64,000 bases of DNA from an uncultured Chloroflexia bacterium (GCA_963766735.1 CAVYBU010000007.1:32001-96000); one strand, 5' to 3'. Counted from the first letter of the stretch, positions 52,348 to 63,889 are shown. The notes: a model not told the origin generated them from the sequence alone. Translations and numbers: made by a program.

Positions 52348-53388
52348 ATGGACCTCACCCAGCTCACCTCGGACCTCGACCTGCTCCGTGACCGAGCCGT
52401 CGGCGCGGCCGCGGCCGCCCCGGACACAGGCGCGCTCGACGCCCTCGAGGTCGAGGTGCTCGGCAAGAAGGGCGAACTGACCGCGGTTCTCCGCGGGATC
52501 GGCGGCCTGCCGGCGGAGGATCGTCCGAAGGTGGGTGCGGTAGCCAACCAGGTGCGGATGGGGATCGAGGCTGCTCTTGCGGAGGCCCGCAACCGGCTGG
52601 GTGGAGCCGAGCTGGCGGCCCGTCTCCGTGCGGAGGCGGTGGACGTCACGACACCGGGTCGTCCGGTCCGGAGGGGCAGCCTGCACCCGATCATGGAGAC
52701 CACCCGCGAGATCGCGGAGGTCTTCGCCCAGTTTGGTTTCGTCGTCTACGAAGGCCCCGAGGTCGAGGATGACGTCACGAACTTCCAGATGCTCAACATC
52801 CCGCCGGACCATCCGGCGCGCGATCTGTGGGACACGCTCTACCTGGACGTCGGGGGTCGCCTGCTGCGCACGCACACCAGCCCCGGGCAGATCAGGGTGA
52901 TGCACCAGGAGCGGCCGCCGATCCGCGCCCTGTTGCCGGGACGGTGCTTCCGGTACGAGGCCGTGGACGCCAGCCACGCCTCGGAGTTCTTCCAGGTCGA
53001 GGGCCTGATGATCGACGAGGGCACATCGATGGCGGACCTCAAGGGCCTGCTCGACCAGTTCGCCCACGCGATGTTCGGCGCCGACCGCGCCACGCGCTTC
53101 CGGCCGGGCTACTACCCGTTCACCGAACCATCCGTCGCGTTCGACATCCTGTGTGTCATCTGTGATGGGGAGAAGTGCCCCGCATGCTCGCGCACCGGCT
53201 GGATGACCATTCTCGGAGCCGGCATGGTTCACCCGGTGGTTCTCCGGTACGGCGGCATCGATCCGGAGCGGTACCAGGGCTTCGCGTTCGGCATGGGCGT
53301 CGAACGGATCGCAAACCTGCGCCACGCCGTGGCGGACCTCCGTCTCTACATGGAGGACGACCTGCGCTTCCTGGGAGCGTTCCGATGA
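52348..53388 (+). CDS. pheS: Phenylalanine--tRNA ligase alpha subunit
   Basis: DHPARD, LLRTHTS, FFQVEG, YPFTEPS, CxxC..CxxC insert, GFAFGMGVER. Confidence 0.97.
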   Translation: MDLTQLTSDLDLLRDRAVGAAAAAPDTGALDALEVEVLGKKGELTAVLRGIGGLPAEDRPKVGAVANQVRMGIEAALAEARNRLGGAELAARLRAEAVDVTTPGRPVRRGSLHPIMETTREIAEVFAQFGFVVYEGPEVEDDVTNFQMLNIPPDHPARDLWDTLYLDVGGRLLRTHTSPGQIRVMHQERPPIRALLPGRCFRYEAVDASHASEFFQVEGLMIDEGTSMADLKGLLDQFAHAMFGADRATRFRPGYYPFTEPSVAFDILCVICDGEKCPACSRTGWMTILGAGMVHPVVLRYGGIDPERYQGFAFGMGVERIANLRHAVADLRLYMEDDLRFLGAFR

Positions 53389-55889
53389 GGGTGCCCATCT
53401 CCTGGCTGCGCGAATTCGTGGATGTGCAGCTCACCCCGGAGCAGCTGGCCGAGCGGCTGACCCTCCTCGGCATGGAGGTCAAGACGATCGAGCGCTGGGG
53501 CGCCGACTGGCAGCACGTCGTCACGGGCGAGTTGCTCACGGTGGAGCGGCATCCCCGGGCGGACCGGCTCTCGCTCACCACGGTCACCCTCGGCGATGGT
53601 GGCGAGCCGATGTCCATCGTGTGCGGTGCGACGAACATCGCTCCCGGCCAGCGCGTCCCCGTGGCCGTCCCCGGGGCGGTGCTGCCCGGCGACCGCCGGA
53701 TCGAGCGCGCCGAGAAGATGGGCGTGGTCTCCAACGGCATGCTCTGCTCGGGCGAGGAGCTTCGACTCACGGGCGACGGCGACGGCATTCTGATCCTGCC
53801 CGCCGACACGCCGCTCGGCGTCCCGCTGGCCGACCTCTACGGTGACGTGATCCTGGACGTGGACGTCAAGCCCAATCGCGGCGACGCGCTGTCCATCCTG
53901 GGTCTCGCCCGTGAGGTTGCGGCGGCCACGCGCCAGCAGGTCCGCCTGCCGGAGGTCGTCGTGGTGGAGGGCGGCGGCGCACACCTCTCGGAGCGTCTTG
54001 TCGTCGACGTCCGGGACCCGGATCTCTGCCCGCGGTTCGTCGGGCGGTGGGTCAGTGGCGTCACGGTGGGACCGTCACCGGACCACGTCCAGATGCGCCT
54101 GCTCGCGGCCGGCCAGCGGCCGATCTCGAACGTCGTGGACGCATCCAACTACGTCCTGCTCGAGATCGGCAAGCCTATCCACACCTTCGACGGAGCGGCC
54201 GTCACGGCCGGTCCAGACGGACGCGCCGCGATCGTCGTCCGGCGTGCAACGGCCGGGGAGCACCTCGAGACGCTGGATCATGTCGATCGCGAGTTGAGCC
54301 CGGACACCCTGCTCATCGCTGATGCCGCAGGGCCGCTCGCCATCGCCGGCGTCATGGGCGGGGCGGCGTCGGAGGTCTCCGAGGCCACGTCCGAGGTCAT
54401 GGTCGAGTCCGCCATCTTCGATGCTGTCAGCATCCGCCGGACCGCGCAGCGCCTCGCGCTCCGTTCCGAGGCGTCGTCGCGCTTCGAGAAGGGCCAGGAG
54501 TTCCGCCTCGCTCGCACGGGGGCCGACCGCGCCGCGCAGCTCGTCCAAGCCTGGGCGGGAGGCGAGATCCTGCCCGGCATGGTGGACACGGCCCCGGTGG
54601 AGCCGGCGCCCACGAGGGTTGCCTTCAGGCCCGCCCGCGTGAACCGACTGCTCGGAACGGACCTCACTGCCGATGAGCAGCAAGACCTCCTGGGACGCAT
54701 AGGCGTCGTCACCGAGCCGGTTGCCGCAGGGGAGGCCGTCGTGGTCGCGCTGCTGCCGGATCCGCTGTTCGTGACTCCCGGTGCGGGCGAGGCCCTGGCC
54801 GCTGTCGTCCCCACCTGGCGCCGGGACATCGCGATCGAAGCCGACGTTGCCGAGGAGATCGCCCGCGTCCGCGGTTACGAGCTCGTCCCATCCGTGACCC
54901 CGGATACGCTGATGCCCGGGTTCCGTCCCTCTCCCCTGGAGGTCCGGGAGCTGGTCCGTGAGACGCTCGCCGGCGCCGGCCTGACCGAGGTGGTCACCAC
55001 CGCGCTTGTCTCGCCTCGTCACATCGAGACCTTCGCCCTGGCCCGCGAGGTGCCGTCGGTCGGCGATGAGGACCAGCCCGGTGGTGAGACGATCGGCGTC
55101 GGCAATCCACTCTCGCGGGACCACTCGCTGCTCCGGAGGAACCTGTTCGGCAGCCTCCTGGACGTGGTGGGAGTCAATCTCCGACACGGAACCGAGGACG
55201 TCGCGGTCTTCGAGATCGGCAAGGGCTACGCGCGAACCGGCGAGGCACCGCGCGAGTGGTGGCGCCTGGGCTTCGCGCTCGTCGGTGCCGCCGAGCCCCG
55301 GGCCTGGAGTCGCGTCCACCGCGAATACGACCTCGATGACGCCAAGGGGATCCTGGAGCTGCTGGCGCACCGACTTGGCCTTGGGCCGATCACCTACACC
55401 CCAGAGCCAGGCGAGGCGGTCTTCCACCCGGGTCGCACCGCGCGCGCGAACGTCGGTGACACGCTGCACGCGGTCGTCGGCGAGTTGCACCCGGACGCCG
55501 TCGATGCCTGGGAGCTTCGGACGACGAACCGCGTCCTCGTCGCGGAGGTGGCGGTCGCCGGGCTTGCCGCCGGTCGCCTGGCCCCGGAACGGGCGCCCAC
55601 CGTGGGTCGCTATCCAGAGGTCGATCGTGACCTCGCCATCGTGATCCCAGCTGCCACAGCAGCCGCCGACGTCGAGGCGCTCGTGCTCGCCCATGCCGGT
55701 GAGCTGCTCCGTGACGTCCGGCTGTTCGACATCTACCGCGGCGTTCCCCTGGCCGGCGACGAGAAGAGCCTCGCGTTCCGCCTGCGGTTCGCGGCTGCCG
55801 GACGCACCCTGACCGAGGGTGAGGTCGAGGCGGCCGTCGCCGCGGTCCTCGAGGCGCTCCCGGCCATCGGAGGCCGCCTCCGGGCCTGA
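53385..55889 (+). CDS. pheT: Phenylalanine--tRNA ligase beta subunit
   Basis: MRVPISWLREFV, IVCGATN, PNRGD, SEASSRFEKG, FDIYRG..KSLAF. Confidence 0.97.
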   Translation: MRVPISWLREFVDVQLTPEQLAERLTLLGMEVKTIERWGADWQHVVTGELLTVERHPRADRLSLTTVTLGDGGEPMSIVCGATNIAPGQRVPVAVPGAVLPGDRRIERAEKMGVVSNGMLCSGEELRLTGDGDGILILPADTPLGVPLADLYGDVILDVDVKPNRGDALSILGLAREVAAATRQQVRLPEVVVVEGGGAHLSERLVVDVRDPDLCPRFVGRWVSGVTVGPSPDHVQMRLLAAGQRPISNVVDASNYVLLEIGKPIHTFDGAAVTAGPDGRAAIVVRRATAGEHLETLDHVDRELSPDTLLIADAAGPLAIAGVMGGAASEVSEATSEVMVESAIFDAVSIRRTAQRLALRSEASSRFEKGQEFRLARTGADRAAQLVQAWAGGEILPGMVDTAPVEPAPTRVAFRPARVNRLLGTDLTADEQQDLLGRIGVVTEPVAAGEAVVVALLPDPLFVTPGAGEALAAVVPTWRRDIAIEADVAEEIARVRGYELVPSVTPDTLMPGFRPSPLEVRELVRETLAGAGLTEVVTTALVSPRHIETFALAREVPSVGDEDQPGGETIGVGNPLSRDHSLLRRNLFGSLLDVVGVNLRHGTEDVAVFEIGKGYARTGEAPREWWRLGFALVGAAEPRAWSRVHREYDLDDAKGILELLAHRLGLGPITYTPEPGEAVFHPGRTARANVGDTLHAVVGELHPDAVDAWELRTTNRVLVAEVAVAGLAAGRLAPERAPTVGRYPEVDRDLAIVIPAATAAADVEALVLAHAGELLRDVRLFDIYRGVPLAGDEKSLAFRLRFAAAGRTLTEGEVEAAVAAVLEALPAIGGRLRA

Positions 55890-56016
55890 CGCCCCGTTTC
55901 GGTGTCGCTCGGGGGCACCACGCCCGTTGCGGTCGGCTTCCAGGCGCTGCTACCCTTCGGCGGGGCTTTCGCCCAGTTCCCGGGGTCGCCGGCGTCGCGA
56001 AGATGGGTGCGTGAAC

Positions 56017-56598
56017 ATGACGGAGTTCCTGAACACGATCAGCTTGGTCGACATCCTGATCCTCCTCGGCCTGTTCGCGTTCTTCATCCTGGGCTGGGCC
56101 CAAGGCACGATTCGCCGGCTGATCGGCATCGCGTCGATGACGTTCTCGTTCTTCCTGGCCGCCGTGCTCCATGTCCCCCTGGGCAGGTTCCTCACGGAGA
56201 ACTGGACCCAGTTCCCGCCGGAGTACAGCGTGATGATCGGGTTCCTCACGCTGTTCGTCGCGGGGGTCGTCGCGACCACGCTGGTGATCCAGGGCACCTA
56301 CAGCAAGACCGAGATCTTCGCGGAGCACCCGATCGTCGACGAGGTCCTCGGTGGCGTGCTGGGCGTGGTGCAGGGGTTCCTGCTCCTGATGTTCGTGACG
56401 ATCATCCTGGACCAGTTCTTCCTCTACACGAACATCCCACCCGATGCGGACGAGCTGCCGTTCCTGCGCGACATCTGGACGCAGATCGACGCCTCGGCCA
56501 TCGGGCAGGCGCTGCACGAGTCGATCATCCCGGTGTTCCTCGGCATCTTCTCGTTCATCCTGCCGGAGAGCGTCACGGTCCTCTACGAGATCGGGTGA
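56017..56598 (+). CDS. CvpA (colicin V production) family membrane protein
   Basis: VDILIL..LGWAQG..DEVLGGVLGVVQG; position between pheT and mutS2. Confidence 0.8.
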   Translation: MTEFLNTISLVDILILLGLFAFFILGWAQGTIRRLIGIASMTFSFFLAAVLHVPLGRFLTENWTQFPPEYSVMIGFLTLFVAGVVATTLVIQGTYSKTEIFAEHPIVDEVLGGVLGVVQGFLLLMFVTIILDQFFLYTNIPPDADELPFLRDIWTQIDASAIGQALHESIIPVFLGIFSFILPESVTVLYEIG

Positions 56599-57308
56599 CC
56601 GACGACGCTCCAGACGCTCGATCGGAGCCGGGAACCCAGATCGTCCGGCGTCCTTTCCCGCGCGAGGTCCTGGCCGCGGATACCTTCATGGCCGCGCGTG
56701 CCCTGTTGGGTGCCCGACTGGTCCGTGATGCACTCCCCGGGCTGGCAGGGCGCCGGGTCGGGCGCATCGTTGAGGTGGAGGCGTACGTCGGCCTCGACGA
56801 TCGAGCCTCCCATGCACGCATGGGCCCCACCAACCGGAACCGGGTCATGTTCGGGCCTCCCGGCATCGCCTACGTGTACCTTGTCTACGGCATGCACCAC
56901 TGCCTCAACGTCGTCACCGACGCCTCCGGATCGCCAGCGGCACTGCTCGTCCGTGCCGTGGAGCCCGTTGAGGGAATCGACGCCATGCGCGCCGCGCGCC
57001 ATGCCGCCGCGGACCGGCCGCGATCCAGGAGCGTGCGCGAGCGTTCCCCCATGAGCATCCCGGACGTGCGTCTCGCGGCGGGTCCGGGCCTGGTGGCCGC
57101 CGCGTTCGGGATCGATCGCAGCCACACCGGGCTCGACCTGTGCGACCCGGAATCGCCGCTCCGCCTTGAGCTTCGCCAGGCCGATGAGCCGGCGCCCGAC
57201 GTCGTGACGACACCCCGGATCGGGATCGCGTCTGCGGGCGAGCCGTGGCGGAGCGCCCCGTGGCGGTTCGTCGTGCCGGGCAGCCCGTCCCTCAGCCGGC
57301 GCTCCTGA
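56595..57308 (+). CDS. DNA-3-methyladenine glycosylase (MPG/AAG family)
   Basis: GRIVEVEAY, DRASHA, YVYLVYGMHHCLN, LVRAVEP, TPRIGI, PWRF. Confidence 0.93.
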   Translation: MTDDAPDARSEPGTQIVRRPFPREVLAADTFMAARALLGARLVRDALPGLAGRRVGRIVEVEAYVGLDDRASHARMGPTNRNRVMFGPPGIAYVYLVYGMHHCLNVVTDASGSPAALLVRAVEPVEGIDAMRAARHAAADRPRSRSVRERSPMSIPDVRLAAGPGLVAAAFGIDRSHTGLDLCDPESPLRLELRQADEPAPDVVTTPRIGIASAGEPWRSAPWRFVVPGSPSLSRRS

Positions 57309-57309
57309 G

Positions 57310-59715
57310 GTGGATCAGCGCTCGATAGCCCTGCTCGAGTTCCCCGTGGTCCGGGCGCGCCTCGCGGAGCACACCTCGTTCGATCCGTCTCGCAGGATGG
57401 CCGAGGATCTCCTGCCCTCAGCCGACCCCGTGATCGTGGCCCGCGGCCTGGACGAGACGGACCAGACGCGTGCGCTGCTGCAGGATCGGCCCGGCGTGGG
57501 TATCGGGTCTGCCCATGACATCGACCCGTGGGTGGGCCGAGCCATGCGTGGAGGCCGGCTGGACCCACACCAGTTCCTGGAGATCGTGGAGACCCTGGAC
57601 GCCGCGTCGCGACTCGCCACATCACTTGCGGAGGAACGGCGACCGCTGCTGCGCGACCTGGGTCGTCGGCTGCACCCGCTGCCGGCCCTTCGCAGCACCC
57701 TCGCCCGGAGCTTCGACCCCGTCGGCGAGCTGCTGGACACGGCCTCCCCGCGTCTCGGCGGGCTGCGGGGTGCCGTCCGCATCGCGTACGACCGGCTGCG
57801 CCGTCGCCTGGACAGCCTCGTGGGCTCCGAGCTCGGCGGGGCACTCCAGGAGCCCATCATCACGCTCCGCAACGGCCGGTACGTGGTCCCGATCCGCGCC
57901 GAGGCCCGCGCCAGGGTCAAGGGCATCGTCCACGATGCGTCTGGAAGCGGCCAGACGCTGTTCATCGAGCCGCTGGTGGTCGTCGAGCTGGGGAACGCCT
58001 GGCGCGAGGCCCAGGCCGCCGTGGACGAGGAGATCGGCCGCATCCTCGACGAGCTCTCCGCGCTGGTCGCTGCCAACGGGATTCTCCTCCGGGAGACGCT
58101 GGACGCTCTGGCCCAGTTCGACTTCTGGGCTGCCAAGGCGCAGCTCGCGGCGGAGATGGACGGCGTGCGCCCTGCCCTCGCGGACCGCACGGAGGTCGTT
58201 CTCCTCTCGGCGCGCCACCCGGGGCTCACAGGTCGCGTGGTGCCGATCGACCTGCACCTGGGCGACGGCTACACGGCCCTTGTGATCACCGGGCCCAACA
58301 CCGGCGGCAAGACCGTCGCGCTTCGGACGCTCGGGTTGCTGTCCCTGATGAACCAGGCGGGCCTCCACATCCCCGCGGAGTCGGGGTCCCGGCTGCCGGT
58401 GTTCCGTGACGTGTTCGCGGACATTGGCGACGAGCAGTCCATCGCCCAGTCCCTGTCCACGTTCTCGGGCCACCTGCGGTCGATCATCCGGATCGTCGCC
58501 CACGCGGGGCCGGAGACGCTCGTCCTGCTGGATGAGCTAGGAGCCGGCACCGACCCCACCGAGGGGTCGGCCCTGGCCCAGGCGCTCCTGGACCACTTCA
58601 TCCGCTCCGGGGCGCTGATCGCGGCCACCACCCACTACGCGGAGATCAAGGTCTACGCCCACGAGACACCGACCGCACGCAACGCATCCGTGGAGTTCGA
58701 CCTCGAAACCCTGTCGCCAACCTTCCGCCTCACGATCGGCCTCCCTGGCGGGAGCCAGGCATTTGCGATTGCCGAGCGCCTCGGCCTGCCGGAGGGGATC
58801 GTTGCAGACGCGCGTGGACGCCTGTCCGAGAACGAGCGCGCGTTCGAGTCGACCCTCGCCTCGATCCGCCGCCAGGAGGTCGAGATCGCGGACGCGGTGG
58901 AGCGGGCACGTGTCGCCGAGAGCAGGGCCGCCGATGCGCTGAGGACCGCCGACGAAGAGCGCCGCCGCGCCCGCCGTGAGCGCGATGAGGTCGTGCGGGC
59001 CTCCCGGGTGGAGGCGGAGCGCCTTGTTGAAGGTCTCCGTGACGATGTGGCAGGTGTGCGTCGGCAGCTGGACCGCGAGACCGTGACCGCTCCTGCGATT
59101 GACGCGGCTCTCGCACGGGCCGAGCGCACGCTGGATCGCCTGCCGGACCCCGGTCGGGAGCCGGAGAAGCCCGCCGAGCCCGTCGTCCCGCACGCGTGGC
59201 GCCTCGGTGAACGGGCGAAGAGTCGCAGCGGCAGTTGGGAGGGCCGCATCGCCGCGATCGAGAAGGGCGGTACCCGGGCGACGCTGGAGGCGGGCGGGAT
59301 GAGGGTGTCGGTTTCCGTGGACGACCTCGATCCTGTCGTATCCCCGCCCGCCGGCGATACCGGCGCAGGAAAGGGTACCGATGGCGGGTGGGCGCCGGGC
59401 ACCGGGCCCACGACCGCGGCGCGTGGCGATGACGCTCCCGGGATCTCGACGCTCCGGCTGTCCCGGGCGCGGACGGTGGCCTCGTCGCTGGACCTGCGCG
59501 GCGCGCGGGTGGACGAGGCGCTGGATGCCCTGGGACGCTACCTGGACGATGCCTCGCTGGCGGGGCTGGAGCAGGTACTGATCATCCACGGGCTCGGCAC
59601 TGGGGCGCTCCGGGACGCCGTCCGGTCCCACGCCGGCGGTCACCCCCTGGTGAAGAGCTTCCGGGCGGGGGAGCGGGGCGAGGGCGGCGACGGAGCCACG
59701 ATCGTCAGGCTCTGA
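57310..59715 (+). CDS. mutS2: Endonuclease MutS2
   Basis: GIVHDASGSGQT, TGPNTGGKT, IGDEQSIAQSLSTFS, DELGAGTDP, Smr domain LDLRG..IIHGLGTG. Confidence 0.95.
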   Translation: MDQRSIALLEFPVVRARLAEHTSFDPSRRMAEDLLPSADPVIVARGLDETDQTRALLQDRPGVGIGSAHDIDPWVGRAMRGGRLDPHQFLEIVETLDAASRLATSLAEERRPLLRDLGRRLHPLPALRSTLARSFDPVGELLDTASPRLGGLRGAVRIAYDRLRRRLDSLVGSELGGALQEPIITLRNGRYVVPIRAEARARVKGIVHDASGSGQTLFIEPLVVVELGNAWREAQAAVDEEIGRILDELSALVAANGILLRETLDALAQFDFWAAKAQLAAEMDGVRPALADRTEVVLLSARHPGLTGRVVPIDLHLGDGYTALVITGPNTGGKTVALRTLGLLSLMNQAGLHIPAESGSRLPVFRDVFADIGDEQSIAQSLSTFSGHLRSIIRIVAHAGPETLVLLDELGAGTDPTEGSALAQALLDHFIRSGALIAATTHYAEIKVYAHETPTARNASVEFDLETLSPTFRLTIGLPGGSQAFAIAERLGLPEGIVADARGRLSENERAFESTLASIRRQEVEIADAVERARVAESRAADALRTADEERRRARRERDEVVRASRVEAERLVEGLRDDVAGVRRQLDRETVTAPAIDAALARAERTLDRLPDPGREPEKPAEPVVPHAWRLGERAKSRSGSWEGRIAAIEKGGTRATLEAGGMRVSVSVDDLDPVVSPPAGDTGAGKGTDGGWAPGTGPTTAARGDDAPGISTLRLSRARTVASSLDLRGARVDEALDALGRYLDDASLAGLEQVLIIHGLGTGALRDAVRSHAGGHPLVKSFRAGERGEGGDGATIVRL

Positions 59716-59728
59716 TCGCGAACCTGTG

Positions 59729-62453
59729 TCAGGGTTGCTTCGTCGGCTTCGGCTTCCCGTTCCCCGGGTTCACCACGACGGGCGGGGGCGCCGGCTCGAT
59801 TGACGGGCACGGCAGGAGCGGGTCCAGCGAGATGCAGATCGACGGCGGCGGCGGCGCCAGCGGGCACGTCTTGGTGGGAGCGAAGTTGCCGCCCCAGGAT
59901 CGGCCAAACGGGTAGAAGCCGCCGCCGTAGAAGTAGGCGGTCCGGGTCCTCTTCGGCCCGCCGGCCCTGCCGGAGCCCTTGGCGGCCCGGGCCTGCCACC
60001 CCTGGTTTGCCTTCTGCCAGACCGGGTATCCAGCCTCATTGTTCCGCAGGTCGATGAAGTTCTCGGTCACCATCGGCCCCACGCACCCCTCCTGCCAGAG
60101 CAGGCCGCTGGCCTCATCGATGTCCACGGCCACCGCTATGTCGGCCGCCTGTGTCGGGGCGGTGCCGGGCAGGAAGAGCTCCTTCACGGTCTTGGTGGTG
60201 GTTGGCCCCGGCAGCATGCCCGTGAAGGCGTCCACCGTGGCCGTCACGAGGCCCTTCGGCCTGACGCGGGAGAAGCCCTCGATCTTCATGCCCTTGGAGA
60301 CCTCGGACAGGATCGCGCTCCAGAGCGGCGCCGACGTGTCCAGCGACAGCTTTCCGTCGTTGGGCGAGTTGTCCGAGTTGCCCAGCCAGGCGCCGGCGAC
60401 GAGGCCCGGCAGCGTCTTGTCGGACGGCGGCGCCAGGTAGCCGTATGCCAGCACGTCGCGGTTGTCGCTGGTGGTGCCGGTCTTGTAGGCGGCGGGGCGG
60501 ACCTTGGAGCCGCTGATGCCGTCGGTCACGCGCCACTTGGCCCAGAACGGGTTGACCGACCTGATGGTGTTGCCCGCGAGGATGTCGGTGATGATGTAGG
60601 CGGCCTGGCGCGAGACGACCCGCTCGCCCTTCAGCTCGGCATCGGCCTGCGGCCACACCTGCTGGCCATCCGCGTCGAGCACCCGCAGGATCGTGTGGCG
60701 GGGCATCAGCACGCCGCCGTTGGCGATCATGCCGTACGCGCCGATCTCGTCGATCGGGTGGACCTCGAGCGTGCCGATGCTCTCGGACGCGACGGGGGTG
60801 GCGGTGTTCGGATAGGTGAGCCCGAAGTCCTTGGTCCGCTCGAACTGGTGCTCGAGCCCGTTGAGGAAGCCCGCCTTGATGGCCGGGATGTTGAGCGAGA
60901 ACTGGAGGGCGTTGCGGAGCCGCACGGGACCGCGCTCGAGGTTGTCGGCCTGGGTGGGGTACCAGGCCTTGGCGCCGGACGACGCGAAGTTGGTCACGAC
61001 GTCCATGAACATCGTGGATGCGGTCAGCGTCTTGTCCTCGATCCCGACCAGGTACACGAGCGGCTTGATCGAGGATCCCGGCTGGCGCCAGCCGTCGGCG
61101 AGGACGTCGAACTGGGGCTGGAGCTTCTTGCTGCCCTTGGCCGTGTACGAGGCGGAGCCCATGTAGCCCAGGACCTCGCCGGTCCGGTAGTCCATGACCC
61201 CGGCAGCGGCGTTGTGGACGTTGTGACCGCGCAGGGTCTTGATCCAGGACCACTCGGACTTGGGCACGCCGAGGGCCTTGAGCAGGGAGTCGGGCTTCTT
61301 GGAGTTGGGGACGATGGCGGCGGCGTAGACCCACTTCTCCACGATGCGCTGCATCTCGTAGTCGAGGGTCGTGATGACCCGGTAGCCGCCGCTGTCGATC
61401 TTCTCGCAGTCGTCCGCGCTGGTCCCGCACAGGATCTGGCCCAGCTCGTCCCGGACCTGCCACACGAAGTGCGGCGCGCGCCACTGGTCGGACGCCTGCG
61501 AGGCGAGGATCACCGGCTCGGTCTTGGCCGCCTCGAAGTCCGCGTCCGTGTAGCGATCGGCCGTGAGCGGCGCGCGCGTCTTCATCAGGTCCAGGATCAG
61601 ATTCCGGCGGATCGACCACGGCGGAGTCGCGCGGGACCACAAGGCGGGTCTGCTCCTCGCCCTTGTCGTCCGTGTAGGTCTCTTCGACCGCGTTCTTCAC
61701 CAGGTCGAAGCTGGTGGGCGACTTGGGGATGCCCGCCAGGATCGCGTACTGGGCCAGCGTCAGGTCCTTGAGATCCTTGCGCCAGTAGGTCTGCGCGGCG
61801 GCAGCCACGCCATAGCTGCGGTTGCCGTAGTAGTTGTCGTTGAGGTAGGCCGCCATGATGGCCTCTTTCCCGCCGCGCCCCGGGTAGGCCTCGGTCAGGC
61901 GGATCGACTGGATGATCTCGCGCGCCTTCTTCCAGTAGCGATCGACCCCGGCCTCGGTGTCGGCGGCAGGCAGCAACCGGTTCCGGACGAGCTGCTGGGT
62001 GATGGTCGAACCGCCGCGGTCATTGCCCTGGAGGGTGTCGACGGCGGCAGATGCGAAGCCAAGCGGATCGAAGCCGGCGTTGTCCCAGAAGGTCTTGTCC
62101 TCGATCGCCGTCGTCGCGTCGATGAGGGTCGGAGGGATCGCCGCGTAGTCCACGACCACCCTGCGGTCGGTCCCCAGCTTGGCCAGCAGGACCCCACCGG
62201 TGCGGTCGTAGACTGTCGTCTGCTGTGCAAACTCGATGGTTTCGAGGGTCTGCTGTGGCTCGGGAAGATCCTTCGAGACGAACGAGTAGGCTGCCACCGA
62301 CGCCGTGGCGCCGACAGCCCCGAGCAGGAGCAGGGTGGTGATCAGGAGGAGGGGAAGCGCAATGACGGCCGCGCGAGCGGCGCCGCTTCCCCGCGGGCGA
62401 CGTCGCTCAGCCGATCGGCGGCGACGCTGCCTCCGTGCGAGGCTGGTTGGCAT
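59729..62453 (-). CDS. Class A penicillin-binding protein (transglycosylase/transpeptidase); one-base shift near 61610
   Basis: TM, AIEDKTF, GGSTITQQL, YLNDNYYG; after the shift QPGSSIKP (SxxK), SLN, KTGT. Confidence 0.92.
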
Positions 62454-62548
62454 GACGGGCGGAACGATACCATGCGGGTAATGGACACCCGAATTCCCCA
62501 ATCGGGCCGGGATAGTGACGCTCCCGGCTCCGCGCTTGTGACGGTCGC

Positions 62549-63859
62549 GTGAGCGCCGTCCCTGCCCACGACCACGCCCCCGCGCTCCGCGGGTTCCTCG
62601 AGGAGCTCGACTGGCGGGGCATCCTCCACGCCACCACGCCCGGCCTGCCCGAGCGGCTGGCCACCGGCCGGCGGATCTCCGCCTACATCGGGTTCGACCC
62701 GACGGCGGATTCCCTGCACGTCGGGCACCTGGTCCCGATCTTCGGGCTGCTCAGGCTCCAGGCGCACGGCGGCAGGCCGGTGGCGCTGGTCGGGGGCGGC
62801 ACGGGGATGATCGGGGACCCGTCCGGGAGGTCGTCGGAACGGAACCTCCTCGACGTCCCGACGCTCGAGCACAACGTGGCCGCGATTGGCGCCCAGCTGG
62901 AGCGGTTCCTCGACTTCTCGCCGGGACCGTCCCAGGCCGTCATGGCGAACAACCTTGACTGGCTGGGGAAGCTGTCGCTGATCGAGTACCTGCGGGATAC
63001 GGGCAAGCACTTCACGGTGCCCTACATGCTGGCCAAGGATTCCGTCCAGCAGCGCCTGGAGCGGGGACTCTCGTTCACCGAGTTCAGCTACATGACCCTC
63101 CAGGCGTTCGACTTCGCAACCCTGTACCGGGAGCACGGCGTCGAGATGCAGATGGGCGGCGCAGACCAGTGGGGCAACATCACCGCCGGCCTCGAGCTGA
63201 TCCGTCGGACCGGTGGCGGTGCCGACGAGCAGGTTGCACACGGCATCGCCTACAAGTTGCTGCTATCGCCGTCCGGGGCCAAGTTCGGCAAGAGCGAAGG
63301 CGGCGAATCCGTGTGGCTCGATCCGGCCCGCACCACGCCGTACGCCTTCTACCAGTACTGGGTCCAGGCCGACGATCGCGACGTGCCCACCTACATCCGA
63401 TGGTTCACGCTCTGGGGACGCGAGGAGACCGAGGCGCTGGACGTCGAGATTGCCGGGCGCCCGGAGGCCCGGGAGGCCCAGAAGCGCCTCGCGTTCGACG
63501 TGACGACGCGCGTGCACGGGAAGGCGGCCGCAACCGACGCGGTGGCTGTCTCGGCCGCCCTGTTCCAGCGGGAGGCGATCTCGGACCCTGCGCTTCTCGA
63601 GAGCGTGCACGCCGCCACGCGGGGTCCGTCGGTCGGAGCGGACGTGATCGGCGAAGGCGTGATTGCCGTGCTGGCGGAAACGGGCCTGACGCCGTCCCGC
63701 GGGGAGGCCCGGCGCCTGATCCAGGGCGGGGCGATCACGGTCAACGGGGATCGTGTCACGGATCCCGCGGCGGCGATGCCGGAGCCGATTGCCGGAGAGT
63801 GGTACGAGGTCCGCGTCGGCAAGCGCAACCGGTCCGTGGTGAGGGTGACCCGGAGCTGA
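62549..63859 (+). CDS. tyrS: Tyrosine--tRNA ligase
   Basis: YIGFDPTADSLHVGH, QMGGADQWGN, KFGKS, C-terminal S4 domain. Confidence 0.97.
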   Translation: MSAVPAHDHAPALRGFLEELDWRGILHATTPGLPERLATGRRISAYIGFDPTADSLHVGHLVPIFGLLRLQAHGGRPVALVGGGTGMIGDPSGRSSERNLLDVPTLEHNVAAIGAQLERFLDFSPGPSQAVMANNLDWLGKLSLIEYLRDTGKHFTVPYMLAKDSVQQRLERGLSFTEFSYMTLQAFDFATLYREHGVEMQMGGADQWGNITAGLELIRRTGGGADEQVAHGIAYKLLLSPSGAKFGKSEGGESVWLDPARTTPYAFYQYWVQADDRDVPTYIRWFTLWGREETEALDVEIAGRPEAREAQKRLAFDVTTRVHGKAAATDAVAVSAALFQREAISDPALLESVHAATRGPSVGADVIGEGVIAVLAETGLTPSRGEARRLIQGGAITVNGDRVTDPAAAMPEPIAGEWYEVRVGKRNRSVVRVTRS

Positions 63860-63889
63860 CGACGACCAGCGGCCGCGGGGCGACACAGC

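Noticed and set aside
61600-61625. Programmed frameshift separating the PBP transglycosylase and transpeptidase domains
   Set aside because: No slippery heptamer; similar single-base indels elsewhere point to sequencing error.
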